A stretch of 64,000 bases of DNA from Vermamoeba vermiformis (lineage: Eukaryota), in the NCBI GenBank assembly GCA_045837725.1, contig JBEWZL010000235.1, forward strand, positions 62,001 to 126,000. The letters are read 5' to 3'. Made by a program: the position numbers and the translations under genes. Position 1 is the stretch's first letter. The number at the start of each line of letters is the position of its first letter. The notes under the pieces were generated by a model. The model saw only the letters and a program-made list of their open reading frames with translations, was not told where the DNA came from and searched no databases. Positions 1 through 13,869 of the stretch are shown one piece after another.

Positions 1-983
1 AGTAGTCGGAGACCTGGACTTATTATCACTTTTCGGCCAATGATTGCTCGATCCAATTATAGGCTTGACAAATAAAACTGTTTTCGAGAGCAGTGGTTGT
101 AGTTTGCTCCGTACAGCAAACAGATCAACGCACCAGATCGAATAGAATGCCCACTAGGGTCTAATTGTCCGAAAAATGATTGGATTATCTAAAACCTGCC
201 ACCAATAGTTAACTTTGCACGACCATATTCTCGTTTCGGCCACGGGAATCTTGCTAAATGAAGGCAGATCATCTTTGGGCAGTGGTAACTACTGTAAAAT
301 TAGCGGTCGTTCGGGCAATAAGTACATGAGTTTTCCTGCTCGGGGATTTGTCGACAGTCCGCAAAGTGTCGGGCATTACGTGGCGCAAGGGTAAGAAACA
401 CGGACATTTCGGTCAAAAAATCTGAATCAATACTCCCAATTGTCCGAACTACGTGGCACCGTAGAACGCTCGCCTCGGCCTATTCGTCTTTTTCCCCGTT
501 TCACTCAAAAATTTCTGACGGCACTGCCATAGATTGGCATGCTACATTAATGAACCATATCCGAGCAGATCCGCTCAATTCAAAATATAACCTGCTGCCT
601 GCATTACGACATCCGCAAGAAACTAACAAACGACAAGAATAAGTAGTTCGTAATTATCCTCGTCCCTCAGCTAATCCACAAAATGGTTTGAAACTGTAAT
701 TAATTAGGCTGAAGTTTAATCCATCAATAATATCTTTTCGGTAAATACACAAAGAGAGATCCACTACCACGGGCAATAGCATCAGTTTGGCCTAAAAATA
801 ATCAATTTGACACGCAAAAATATTGCAACATTTGGAAAAAACATTAAAAGTCTGTGTTTTATGTGGAACAATCCTCCGTGAACACGACTATAAAAGAAAA
901 TTGGAGGATTGAACATTTTATTGTTGACGATCGACCACAAGAGGGAACACTAAACCCAGATCAGCTGCACATCTGAATTTAAA

Positions 984-1292
984 ATGTTCGGTATTAAGAA
1001 AGCTAGCGTCCAAGACATGCATAACAAGCATGAACACGTTATTGAAAAAATCCAGTCCCTCCGCCAAGTTATATCCGCTCATAAAATGGGTTCAGATAAC
1101 GCAGAACTCTCTCAGATGAAATTAGAAAACGAAAAGTTGAAAGAGATCAACTCCAAAATTAGCGCCCGCTTGGAGCTTCTCGAGAAAGAAGCCTCGAAGG
1201 GCCTTTTTGCAAAAGATATCCCCGTTTCGGCCAAACGTTCAAGCGCCGAAATCACTAGCACCGATGAGCTGAATCCTCAAACGCTCCTGTGA
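984..1292 (+). CDS. Coiled-coil ORF of unknown function, possibly the first exon of a degenerate longer gene
   Basis: 102-aa ORF with AAAATG start and heptad-like composition; a GTAAGC donor follows shortly after the stop in another frame. Confidence 0.3.
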   Translation: MFGIKKASVQDMHNKHEHVIEKIQSLRQVISAHKMGSDNAELSQMKLENEKLKEINSKISARLELLEKEASKGLFAKDIPVSAKRSSAEITSTDELNPQTLL

Positions 1293-3207
1293 CTAGCCGG
1301 CCGTGGCTGCTCGCAAAGTTAATAAGGTAAGCATACCGCGACCTCATAATAATAATTATTCGACCGTTTCAGATAATTATTCCAATTTTGCCTTGGGATC
1401 CTGCCAAATCTACTTTTTTACCTAATTAGTACCACGTTTTGGATTGTAAACTAATTCTGGCGTTTCTCTAGAGGTTTCATTTTGCTAGTAGAAACTTGAT
1501 TGACTTGCATTCCAACCGTCGCGGTGTGATTTTGCCGGATCCAAGTTATCAACACAGATGCTGTCTTCAAACGGAAACAATATTGCTTTCACCCCGATGT
1601 CTCACTCTATTGTATTATAACCCGAATGTATAATTATACTACAACTGCGAATTCATGTATATAAACCGAAGCGAAGATGTATTTTTAGTCACTAAATCTG
1701 TGTCCGTACCTGTGCGCACGCGAGATGGACCTAGATCATAATCTAGCCCTCGTACTACCATTGTATATCATTACTAAGCTATTTGTCGAGAGTTTGACGT
1801 GCTTGGGCGGTTTAATTAATCATCCCGGATCACAACTTGCGCGTGCCACACTCAAATTTCTGACTAAAACGCGAAATCGCATCGATGGTAAAAGCAACAA
1901 TTCCTTTGCATATTGGAAGTACTGTTAATGCCACAAACATCCCCAACAGCGATTTTGATAGAGGTAATTTTCAGTTACAAAAAGTCGATCCCAATAACGC
2001 TATTCCGTTGGACAGCAAATTACAATATATGATTATGTTCGATCAAACATTTACTAAATACAACGTTGAATAGCAACGTAAGGTCGTGGCTCGTTAGTGT
2101 TAAGTAATTCGATAGCGGGAGGTTTACCAACACAAACGTTGTTTCCATCGACGTGGCGGACCATCTTTAGTAATTGTTAACCGACCATCGGAGCGATGAC
2201 GTGTCTAGTTCTCCACCTGAGCGAGTGTGATTTGATTCGGTTTTGCCTAGCGATTTGCAAGACAAGATCCACAACCTGTGTGCCTTGATTTAATTTCCGA
2301 TTGATTAGCATCTAACCGCTTCTAATTGAGCACGTGATATCTTTACCGAATGGAGTACCATTTTAAATTCTATTTGATGGACGAAGCTGGATTTACTCAT
2401 ACAACCCGCGAAGCCCTTCTCCTCCTGCGTCTGTCATTAGCCGTAAGAGCCATTGGGAGCGCAATCGTTGTAAGATACTGCCTATTATTAGGACTAGGGA
2501 GCATAAAGACAGCTCTCCGCGAGTAGTCGCTGACTTGCAAAGGAAATTAGTTCTCGGGCAAGTTTTGTATCGCGACCCAAAGCACTAACACAACAAACAC
2601 AAGATATTAATTGCCTAAGCATGTGTGTCTTAATATTTCGTGAGGAGAGGAATTTAAAAATTATCAGTACGAGAGAGCGGTACCTTGAAAAATAATGAAT
2701 CCGGATTAAAGCGCGTAAGTCCGACAATTTTCTAGAAAAAATCTGTACTTGACTAAAATAATATTATAGCACGTTTTTAATGTTAAATCTTTGTGCTAAA
2801 GAAAGCTATATTTTAATATAAAATAATTATAATAAACAAATAATTCGCCTTTTGCGTAATGTTAATTGGAGTCGAGGAGATTAATTTACAATTAATAATA
2901 GTAATAATTATTAAATTGAGTCCTAACTTCAACCTAATGCGTGCTCGATGTGGCGCGGTGTATCTATATCCTCTTATAAATATTCATTCAAACACGCGCT
3001 TTGCATTCCAATACCTTCAAGGTGTTCCAATATATTTCTAGCTTAAAGTTCAGATTTTATCAAATGCAACGCGAGCTGTCAAAAACGTCATAAAAAGTCC
3101 ACTTTTTGTTTACCGGCCGACAGTGTTGGAACATTATTTATTCACACAGCTATTTGCGACAACACGACATCTTATTTTCAAATTGAAATAAGACGCAAAT
3201 AGATTTA

Positions 3208-6200
3208 ATGGTCAAATCTGGTTGGACGAGCTTTGTCGTCTTCGTTGCGTTTGCGTTGGTTGGTCTGACCACGGCAGCTTCATTAGGTAAGTCCATTATA
3301 TATTAATTGTATTTAATTTATACATAAGGAATCAAATTATTAACTGTTATTGGAATTTTGGATGTGGTTTAGAAATTCGTTTCAGTCAGCATTCAATCAA
3401 TTTGTTCAATTATGCTGAATTAATTTTAAATGAACGAATAATACTTTCAATGACGCTATATGATGATAATCTATTCATAATCCGTTGGATAAATTGAAAT
3501 GATGTTCGTATGTGGGCCGACAAATTTCTATCTTTAGAGAGCTCGTCAAATTAGAGCTATTATGCTATAATTGGCTTATTTGGCCTATATAAAGCGTATT
3601 TAGACGATTTTTGATCAAATTGCAAAGCCAGTACGCGTTCATTTGGTTAAAAATGTCTCGCGAATTTTCAGCAAATATAAAATCACTCTCACGCAATTTA
3701 GAACTCGCTTAGTAACATGTTATTATGCACTATACTAACGGCGTATTATTAAGACGCACATGCTGTAGACCAACTCCTCAATGCCAATGTTTTGCCGGTC
3801 GATCCAATTTCAGCGCCGTCGAATTTTTCTTTGAAATTAGCAGTGCATGATCCAGAGTTCTTTGAGTCTGAATATGACAACCAACCTGCTTTAGAGCTCA
3901 ATTACGATGTTATGACTGTGCCTAATCTCATTTCATTGGATCATTTAAGCTCCATCCGCTCTGTTCGTTGCGAACCAAGCGCGTTAGAGGTTCGTATTGT
4001 ATATCGAAACATTAGATGTGCATATACTAAGCGACAGTATTATCCCGCTTGAGATATTACGCTTTGTGGATGATTCTGCAGACTTTCTAACTTTTTGGAA
4101 TTGCAGATCGAGCTCTACGATTCAGAACAGGCTATTGACTGGCAAGATAAGCTTGTAGTTGGTGGTCTTAAATGGGAGTGCATTATTAACCCCGAAGAAG
4201 ACACTTTTCAAGCTTTTTACCGTCTTGTACACGAAGTGATCCGCATTGATGCAAAAAGAGTCAGACTCGTGACTGAAGAGAAGTAAGTGGATATTCTGAT
4301 ATACCAATATGATATTAATTAAATGACTACAGAGACTTTACCGATTGCTTCGTTGAAGCCGACATCCGTTTCTTAATGGCGCCAACGAAGGAGTCCAACG
4401 AAACCGAAGCAGCTGATACCCTCGACAAGCGTGGTGTGCAAGCTGTGCGACGTCAAGTTAGCTGGAACGTCAATTACCCTAACACTAGAGCTCATACTTT
4501 GCTCCGTAGTGGTAAGTCACTTTTTTTGACTAAGATCCGACAAACAGTCTTTAGTATCTGCTCTTTCATCTCGTTAACGCACTAATATGGATTATTTCTT
4601 TGAGCCCACGGTCTCGATTATTAATAGAATTTAATTTTCAGGTTCAAACTTTGCCGTTACATGCAGATCTTGCTTCTTCTCTTCAAATGTTGGTGTTGAA
4701 TTTGACTTAGGTGTTCGTAGACCTAGTCTTAGACGTCCTATTCCTGGTGTTAGCCGCTTCATGGTCCGCGCCTTTGGTAACGCCAGATTGAACGTAGGCA
4801 CATCCGCTACGCAATAATTCATTAAAAGGCAATAGAATCTGATCTCGAATCGCAGATTGCTTTAGAAGCCTCCGCACGTGTTCGCGCATCGTCCTCGCGC
4901 ACCGCTACCTTAGTCCCTACCGTTCGTTTGCCGACTATCTCGTTCTCCATCGGTCCCGTGCCCATCACAATTTGTAACTATTTTTAGACATGTCATAAGG
5001 GACAATTGCTAATAACTCGATTTAGCTCCTCGTGCCTCGATGTCTGCTACTGGTTCAGTGAACTTCCAAGCCCGAGCTTCGGCTACTATTCGTGCTGTTG
5101 GTACCACAAGTATCAACTTTGGAGTGCGCTACACGGACTCTTCTCGAAGGCACGTGATTGCACCTCTGAAAAATCATTGCAACAATGTTTTAATTGCTGT
5201 ATTTGTGCAGATTCGAGACTTTCCGCACGTTCAACAGACCTTCGTTCTCGATCACTGGCCCGACTGTTACGGCCACTGCTACGGGCAATGCACGTGTTTG
5301 GATCGCACCACAATTGACCCTTTTGTTGTGGAACTCCGTGCCATTCGTTGTTGAGACTAGACCTTACATTGGCATCGGGTACGTGTTACTTTTAAGCAAC
5401 ACAATTGCAATGCTAACGTGGCTTTTAGTGCTCAAGCTGGCAGTGCTAGCAGATGCTCGGGCAGACGTGTGTCATACAATTCGTTCTACGGAGTCGATGC
5501 TACCGTTCGCTTGGACCCTATTCGTGTCTTGCGCAGAACTTTCAACTTTGGCGGTCGTTTGCCTTGGAGTTGGCGCGGCACTTTGATTGGTCAACGCGAC
5601 TTGACTTGTGCTCGTTGCCGCGGATGTCTTGGTCGTAAGAAGCGTGATTTACAATCGGCTTATGATTTGCTCGATGTACGTTGACAACATTCGAGAGAAT
5701 CTTCCAAATGAGATTTTTGACACTTTGACAGGTGACAGCTGACACCTCCGCCATGTGGATGACTACTGATTGGTCAACTTGTTCGTCGACTTGCGGCTCT
5801 GGAACTGAAATCCGTGATGTCTATTGTGCAAATGAAGACGGTGCTCAACTTCCAGACAGGTATGCTAGGCGACCTCTTTCCAAATATGGAATATACTAAC
5901 GCACATCATCAGTGCTTGCAACTCCGCTACTCGTCCGCTTGGTGCTCGTGTGTGCACTTCATATGAAGATTGTGACCAGCACACTGTTTGTGGCGCTTTG
6001 AGTGACTGTGACAAGTGCGCGGCTCAGGCTCCTTCGTGCTTCTGGTGTGCTTCGACTAACAAGTGCGCCTATGCTAACGAGATTGAATCGTGTGCTCGGC
6101 CGGTGGAAGATACGTGCGCTGAACTCGAGCCCACGATCAAATTGCAATCACCTCGTGACGCTCAATCGTAAGTCACTTCATCAAATGGTTATGGTGGACA

Positions 6201-7908
6201 GCTAGTTAACTAATCTGGTTTAGATTCAACCCTAATGCCAACAATGATCCAGTCGTGGTGAACATTCGTTGGACTGGTGGCCCGGCACTTGAACACGAAG
6301 GTGAAGTGCAACTTTTGTTCGCGTTTGTTCCGAACACTACCGCCTGGTACACTGGTGCTGGCTTGCCTTCTGATCCTGTGCCCAACACTGGTTCGTTTGA
6401 CTGGAAAGTTCCACGTGGCTTCAAAGTCCAAGGCGTTCGCATTGGCGTGTTCTCGCTCGACTTTGACGACAATTTTGCCGCTGCTACTATCTCCGTGAAC
6501 GGTGGACAACCTACGGCTGAGAAGGGCATCACACCTATTTACTCTACTTGGGGCGAATGTTCCATGGAGTGCGGCTATGGTACGTCAAAAGCCCTTTAAA
6601 AGTAACGCTTGTCTAACATTGTGTAGGCTTCATGACTCGCGAAAAGAGATGCTTCGACTATCAAATGAACGACGTCACTGCTGCCTCTATCTGCAATGAT
6701 GCTCTGTTCTTGGAGTAAGTTTGATTACCTCTCTCGTAGTAACATATGGATCTAACTTATGCGTCCAGGCCTACCATTATTGGCTGCAATGACTTCCCTT
6801 GCGAAGACTTCCCACTTCAAATCAGCTCTCCAGCTTTCGCCGATCGCGTTACCACTGGTGAGGCAGTTAAGCTCGAGTGGTCTGGCGGTGCTGTCGACTC
6901 TGGTGTCGTGCTCGAATATCGTCACGCTATTCATCCTAACAGCACTATCCATGAAGTTCGCGAGGAAGAAATCTTTGAAGAAGACACTCTTACTTGGTAC
7001 GCGCGCCATATTAATATTGACTAGAATGATAGCTGACAATTCTTAGGTCCGAGTGGATCCCGCTCTTGCCTCCATTCTTCCAAGGCGACAAGTCAATGGG
7101 TAAGTCTATTGAAGCGCTCATAATTGTTAAGGTCCGTATATTAACAGATCTTCTTCAGTTCCCAACAGTGGCGAATACGATTGGTTCGTGCCTGAAGATC
7201 TCAGAGGCAACTGGGTGTACTACCAGATCCGCGTCACTTCTGACCGCAACACAAGCAACTCTCACGTCTCACCTACATTTATCGTCTCTCGCGCCGTCAG
7301 CCTCCGTGTAGAACTGACACAAGATCACATCGCGTCCCCTCAGATCGCTGTCACTTTGAACGGCATGTTGGGATCCAGCGAGCCTTTTGTCATCGACACA
7401 GCTGAGCTCAACAAGAAACGATTCGTTGATCTCATTGACTACGAGGATGTTGGTGATATTTTGTCAGTCTCTTTGGACCTCTTTGAGGAGTCAGATCGTG
7501 GTGACAGGTTGGATTCAGCTTTGCGCATCGTTCAAGTCAACGCTTTGGAACAAGATGTAACTGTCGCTTTTAAGAGTTCTATTGCCCATCAAGAACGATT
7601 CAATTGCGAGACTTTTGATGGTGACTGCGCTAGTTGCACCTCTTTGGATGGTATGTCACGGAAGATCGAGATCCCAACTGTTAGATCCGCTGCTTAACTT
7701 AGTTTTTATAGCGTCTTGCGGTTGGTGCCCAAGCACATCGAGCTGCATGGTGAAAAACAACATTACTGGCCCTATTCAATGCCCTTCAGCTCTCATTATG
7801 ACCGAAGATTTCTGCGCGTCAGGTGTTGCCGAAACTTCATTCGCTGTTCGTGGAGCCGTTTTGTCTCTCGTTGGCTTGACACTCGCAGCTATTGTTGCTT
7901 TGTTCTAA
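3208..7908 (+). CDS. Multi-exon secreted/GPI- or membrane-anchored protein with TSP1 and PSI-like Cys repeats and a PLAT-like segment
   Basis: Signal peptide MVKSGWTSFVVFVAFALVGLTTA; TSP1 motifs WSTCSSTCGSG and WGECSMECGYG; PSI-like CDKCAAQAPSCFWCASTNKC and CGWCPSTSSC; hydrophobic C-terminus; about 17 introns. Confidence 0.75.
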
Positions 7909-8279
7909 GTTGTACTTTGTCTTATTTCAAAATAATGTAGCATTTAAATTTAGCCCAATCAATAGCAGTTAAGTGCATCCACGGCAGTACTTGTTTAATC
8001 GAATTCGAAGCCAAATATTTCTAGGGACAGTAGATTCACTTGCTAAATGTGTTTAGTTTGACCATATTATAACGGTTATTTTTGACAGCTTGTCACGTAG
8101 GTAAAAAACCAAACGAAAATATGTTGATGAAATAAAATCGAACGTCAACGTTTGCTTAAATATTAATTTTTACAAAGATGGAGATCAAAGGTAACGGCAA
8201 AGAAGAAGCTCGCGTTCTACTTAAAGAGAAGTTGCGCGTTTACGATGCCAAAACAGAGAAGTGGACGAGTGGTACCCTT

Positions 8280-10798
8280 TGTAACCGCCACTTATAACTT
8301 TATGCCTAACCAGGCATAAGTGGCGGATGTTGGTCGCCGCTTTTGGTAAACTTTCGCGCGCAATCTAAAATTAATTCAAATGATTAAAGTGCATAAATAT
8401 TTTTATTATCAGTAACATAACATTCTATAATAATATACTCTGTATAACATAAAATTTAATAAAAACAAATCTGTTTGATCTTCAGTTATTTAAACCGATC
8501 TCTTTCCACAAACGCGATTGTGAGCCCTTACTTGTTTGGGCAATGCGTTGGCGCTTTCGAGGTTGATAAACTTGATAATCTAGCAAATAATTAATAATTT
8601 TAAATCCAAATCTAGTTAATTTAATTTTTACCTGGTTCATTATTTTGACGCTTAGGTGCCTTGTTCGTATCTGTAGCCACACTTACTTCTTCTATTTCTT
8701 CTGCCTCCTTTTCTGCTGCTGTTGGATACGGTGCTGTTATTTCAAGCCATTGATCTTCGCTGGGCAAGACGTCTGCCTCCACCAAGTCATCATAAAGAGC
8801 ACAAAGCTCATCGGGAGCAACGCGCACATTCGTGTTGTTGTTACTATCGTGTTCGGGTTGGAAAGATTCTGTGTGAAAATTTGTCAGAAAAGCGCAGGAC
8901 ACAAAAAATCGGTTATTACTTTCTGCTTCCGCTTCTTCTTCCATTTGCTTTTCGCCGGCACCATCTTCGCCAGTCGTCTCCAGTATATTTTGTTGAACAG
9001 GGACTATAATCAATTTATTAGTGACGTGTGGATTGGATGTTAGAATATACCTTGGTCAACGGCATTGTTATTATTGCTTCGCTCTGCAATTAAATAATAG
9101 TTGGTTATAATAAATTGGTGAATAATTAATTGGACTTACCCCGATAAATTTTGAGTTCACCAGCGCTCCAAGTCTTTCGGTTTTTAGCATTGCTTGGCTC
9201 GTTCTCAAGCCACTCCAAACCATACCGGCCATTTTTGTGCTCTGCCGTAATTCGTGCAATGCTGTTGTAGAGAAAGTCACCATTTTTTCGAAGCTCTTCT
9301 GGCCAGCGATACAGAACTTTTTGACCAACTTTGAACACACGCAACTTGGAATGATGTTTAGCGTTGTGCACCTTGTCTTGTTTCTCTGCTGCTTTGACCA
9401 AGTTATCGTGAGCGATCGCAAAAAGGGAGACCATTTCTTTGTGTTGGATTTGTTTCAGTTCGGGAAGCGAGATGTCTTTAGTGGGGGTTTTGATGATTGG
9501 TCGATGTAATTGCATTGGTGAGAAGCCAGTGCTGCTATGCTTGTTATTGTTATAGAGATCAACTACTTCGTCAAAGCAAGCCTCGAGGTCATCCGCAGAT
9601 ACACCATCTTTTCCTCCAAACCGAGACTCCAGTAATTTATAAAGCATTGCCTTTAACGTTCGATTAACGCGTTCAACTTGTCCTAATAAATAATTAGAAT
9701 TTATTAAAATTAAGAATAGTAAAATAAATAATATTACCTTGGCTCTGTGGATGGTAGGGCCGACCATGGATTAATTCAATGCTAAATTCCTCGCAAAATT
9801 GTTTCAGAATATCTGCGATAAATTCTCCTCCGTTATCGCTGTGGATCTTTCGTGGCTTTCTTCCTTCTTTCTTGACCAACGCCATGAGAAATGACAATAC
9901 ACCAACAGCATGCTTTGTTGGCAAAAATTTGAACCACACGAATTTTGTGAAGCAATCGATGACAATAAGGAAGTAGCCAGGGACTCCTGGGATCTGAGTT
10001 AAATCAATCTGCCATCGGGCAAACGGCTCCCTATAATGCTATTAGCAAGAACAAGGATAAAATCAATACATACTCCTCAATAATGTGCTCGAGGGGCGGT
10101 TTTGTTTCGTCTACTCGAGTTCTCTGGCAAATTGGGCAGGAACGGATGTAGTTTTCAACATCTTGCTTCATGCCAAACCAATGCTGGTTAAGTTTGATGA
10201 AAGCAAGTGTTGGATCGCGACCAGGGTGTCCTCGCTCATCGTGCGCGTCATAAAACAATTGGTTTAGGTCTGATCGTCTGTTGTTGTGTCAGTGCGAAAA
10301 AATAAAACAAAATGAATAAAAGTGTTACCGAGGCACAGCAAGCCATTTCCGTTCGTGCACAACCTCAACACTATAGTGGACATTAAGCTTTGGGACATCA
10401 GGAACCTCTTCTGTTAACCACTTCGTGACCTTCTTTTTGGATTTGACAGCCTGACACAGTTGACCATTCACGATCTCAAAATTATTACCAGCTTGTCGTT
10501 GGTAGCACTGCTTCATGTTGTAATTAAGATCGAGGCCAGCAAACGCATCGGGATCTTCGCGTTTCAATTTAACGAGCAGATCGTACTTCCAATCTTCCAT
10601 TCTGAGTAAGAATAATTAATGATAGCGTTTAATTTGCTTAAATGTATTTTTTAAAAATATAACGGCTATATTTTTCTGCTAATATTCACAAAATTCTTAC
10701 CCATTTTCAAATCAGATGGCGCGAAAGTATTGGCAAAAAAAGCGACCAATTCCCGCCAGTTTTGCCTGTCTGTTATAAAATTATAAGTGGCGGGAACA
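8280..10798 (-). mobile_element. Ginger2/TDD-like DNA transposon (retroviral-type integrase with TIRs)
   Basis: TGT...ACA termini; imperfect TIRs tgtaaccgccacttataactttat vs rc tgttcccgccacttataattttat; 5-bp TSD CCCTT at 8275-8279 and 10799-10803; no RT, gag or LTRs. Confidence 0.9.
8482..10600 (-). CDS. Intron-containing DDE integrase/transposase (H2C2 zinc finger + rve core + acidic tail)
   Basis: AHDERGHPGRD...CPICQR; QIDL; HSDNGGEF; PYHPQSQG|QVERVNRTLK; YNNNKHSSTGFSP; exons joined by GT-AG introns. Confidence 0.88.
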
Positions 10799-13271
10799 CC
10801 CTTTGGGCTAAATCTGACGGTACTGTGAAGTGTGAGGTAAGTATTATTGGTTTATTCAATATTAAAAAGCTGAATTTCAACACCAATTTTAAATCCAAAA
10901 AAAATTCTTTAATTCAAATAATTCGCTGTTTAGGGAAAAGAAATCATCGTTGGCCCTTTTGTAACTACGACTCGTCCGAAATTTGGCAACTTTGATTTTG
11001 TTTTCGTGATTAACACCGAGATCGAGACGAAAACTAAAACTGGACCTCGATTTGCTTGTCAAACACTAGCAGTAAGTTTGATTTTTATTTTTTTTATCTT
11101 TTTTGACTAAGTCCGAATTCGATAGAGTTGCGAACGTTGGATTTCGCTCCTGAACCTGCTTGCGTTACAAAAGAAGATGAAGCTAAAGCATCTGCACCCG
11201 CTCACTGAAGTGGACGCAAAAAAGGGACTAAAAGTTAATTGTAATATTTGCAAAGGATTAGCTACTCAACGTAAGTTCGGAGCGGCCCATCCACTTTTTT
11301 GCGTGCTAATCGATCACCTTCAGATTTTGCATGCGAGTTTTGCAATTACTATGAGTGTAGAGAATGTAACAAACAATTGAAAGAAAAATTGGAAGATTTT
11401 GTAACGAGTATTCACCATCCACATCCACTCATGCGACTCAACTCTGCTCGAGGCATGTGGATCAGCTCTGAATACAAAGGAACATATCAAGTAAGTCCAT
11501 TAATAGTCACAAAATCTCGTTTTATCTCGTTGAGTTTTGAGATCCGATCAAAGTTCGAGTACTGACATTTGAGACCAGTGTGACCGATGTGATGCAGTCT
11601 CAAACACGACAGTCTACCACTGTGTCGAGTGCGGCGACTACGATCTGTGTCCAAAGTGCACGTACGAACTGCCACAAGGACAGATGTCTGGACGCACGGA
11701 AACTATCGAGGCTCGAACACCAGCTGAACTTTGTTTGAACGAACAGTTCTTGGCACCAGTGCTCAAGACTGAGGGCAACAAGTACTCGCTAGTCAATGCA
11801 CATGATCACAAGTGTCCTGAGAAGATGAGCATGATCACGACCAAGTGTTTCAACCTCAACGAGATTGACAGTGAAGTGCATCCAAGTGCGTACATGGAAG
11901 TGACTTTCACGGAAATTGACAAGAAAGGCATTGTTGGTGTGGGCATTGGCAATCAGATCTTTGGTCAAAACAACTTCTTGGGTCATCAGCAGAACAGTTT
12001 TGGAGTGTTCAACAATGGCACGGTAAGCTGTCGCATTTTGAACTCCTATTGCTCAGCGCATTCATTTTGACAATGTTATCATCGTCCACAGATCTGCATG
12101 AACAATACGAGCAATCAACAGTCATTCCCAAGCATTGCATTCGTTGCAGGTGACACGATTGGCATTGGAGTGATGAAAGACTCGTTCAATCAGCGCACTG
12201 TGTTCTTCACCAAAAATGGCAAGAAGATCGGAATCTTCGAGTGGCGTGTGCACACAGGCATGGATTGCTTCCCAGGAGTGTCGTTCTCAAAGGACTCTGG
12301 TGTGGCGTTTTCAGTGAACATGAGTGGTCCGTTCAAGTGCGATCTGAAGCAAGTTGCAGAGCCACGCACTGACAAAGACATGCTATCTACAATGCCTGTC
12401 GAGATCATCGAGATGATTGGCGCCATGACCGTCACTTCAGATAGACGCGCGTTACAACTTCGCGAGGTATGTCAAAGTCACGAGGAAATTTCAATTGTGG
12501 AATCATACTTAAAACTTACATTTGCAGATAAACAAAGTATTCGCCGCTGTAATGCAAGGCAATGCGGTGTGGCGCTCTTTGTTCTTGCAGAAATGGTCCA
12601 ATCAGAACAAGAACTTGAAGGTCAAGTCGTGGCAACAGCTCTATCGCAAGAGAAATACGGCGATGAAGACAGCCATCGACGCTCATCCTATTGGTACGTT
12701 CAATGGCTCTGTTGGATCGGCGTGAAATTTCTAATAATTTTTATTGCAGAGAACTGTGACATGGAGTTCGAGTGTCCCATACTTTGGGAACGATTGGAAG
12801 GCAAAGGCGTGCAAAAACAAGGCGAGCGATATTGCGATAAATGCAAAAAGACCGTTTACGAAGGTAATTTGATACATAAAATAAGTCAATACCCAAAAAT
12901 TAACGTTATTTTTCAGTGCAAGATGAAGCCACAATGAATTTGTACACCGAGATGGGCCGTTGTGTTTCACTTTTTGAGCCACGTGGAATTGATATTAACA
13001 TTGAACGAGATGATTATAGATTCGAAAAGCGAGGCAAAAGAGCTCCGCCCAAGAGAAGCGGTTTTGTTGATAATAATCCGTTCAATTAACAGTGTAAAGT
13101 CGATGTAAAAGTATTGTTTGTTCTTACGGAGTTTTTAATGCATTGTGAAGATTACTGCCGCCGCGATCATTTCAATTCTTTTTAGAGAAGGATTTTTTAG
13201 AAACTGCCTGAAATTTCAAAACACATGACAGCGAGGTAAAAACTGGGCAACTTCAACAACAAGAAGAACAA

Positions 13272-13869
13272 ATGGCCGCAGAATACAGAGCAGCACTATC
13301 TCTCCTCGTAAAATCGAGATTTCCAGGCAACGAGACCAAAGCTGAAGCTGCGCTCAAGCAATGGACCCTCGAAGTGATGTATCAAGAGAGCGGATTTGAA
13401 AATATTCCTCAAAAGGGCGGTGGTCCTGGCCGCGGTTATTTCCAATATGAATTAGCTGAAAAGGGTAGCGGCGCTAATAAGGTAATAAATTAGACCCTCT
13501 AAGAATTGAAAATATTATTTCGAATTCTTTTTTTTTTAATTCTTTGATCTGGATCAGGTCGCTATCAACAGAGCCATTACTTGGCTGGATAAAAACGACC
13601 CTAAGAAAGCACCTAAGTGGCTGAAGGACCTTAAAGACAAAGACGTTGATTTCACGACTTTGACTCTCGATCAACAAGCCTTGATCTTCCTCTTGGACAA
13701 GAACGCAGATCCAGGCACTGCTTTTAAGAATTTAGTCGAAAGTCATGGCACGGATAATTGGAAGAAATTCTCCGAAGAAAATTGGCGCAAGGGACATTAT
13801 AAAGGCTCCGCGGCTCACACTTGGCGTGGATCTGATTACGCCAGAGCCAAGAACATCCCTAGCTTATAA
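13272..13869 (+). CDS. Lysozyme/lytic-transglycosylase-like protein (2 exons)
   Basis: YQES putative catalytic Glu followed by GGGPGRGYFQYE; single intron about 13482-13557 joins the two ORFs in frame. Confidence 0.6.

Larger units (their letters stand above)
8178..13089 (+). pseudogene. Zn-finger (DC1/ZZ-like)-SPRY-F-box protein gene, exon 1 interrupted by a Ginger/TDD transposon
   Basis: Removing 8280-10798 plus one CCCTT restores MEIKGNGKEEARVLLKEKLRVYDAKTEKWTSGTL|WAKSDGTVKCE, which matches the intact paralog at 41139; SPRY motif GDTIGIG..VFFTKNG; ZZ-like CDRC..CVECGDYDLCPKC; F-box-like LSTMPVEIIEMI. Confidence 0.8.

Noticed and set aside
9126-10258. LTR retrotransposon or Polinton integrase
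   Set aside because: No RT, RNase H, gag or polB; the gene has introns and is bounded by short TIRs with a 5-bp TSD
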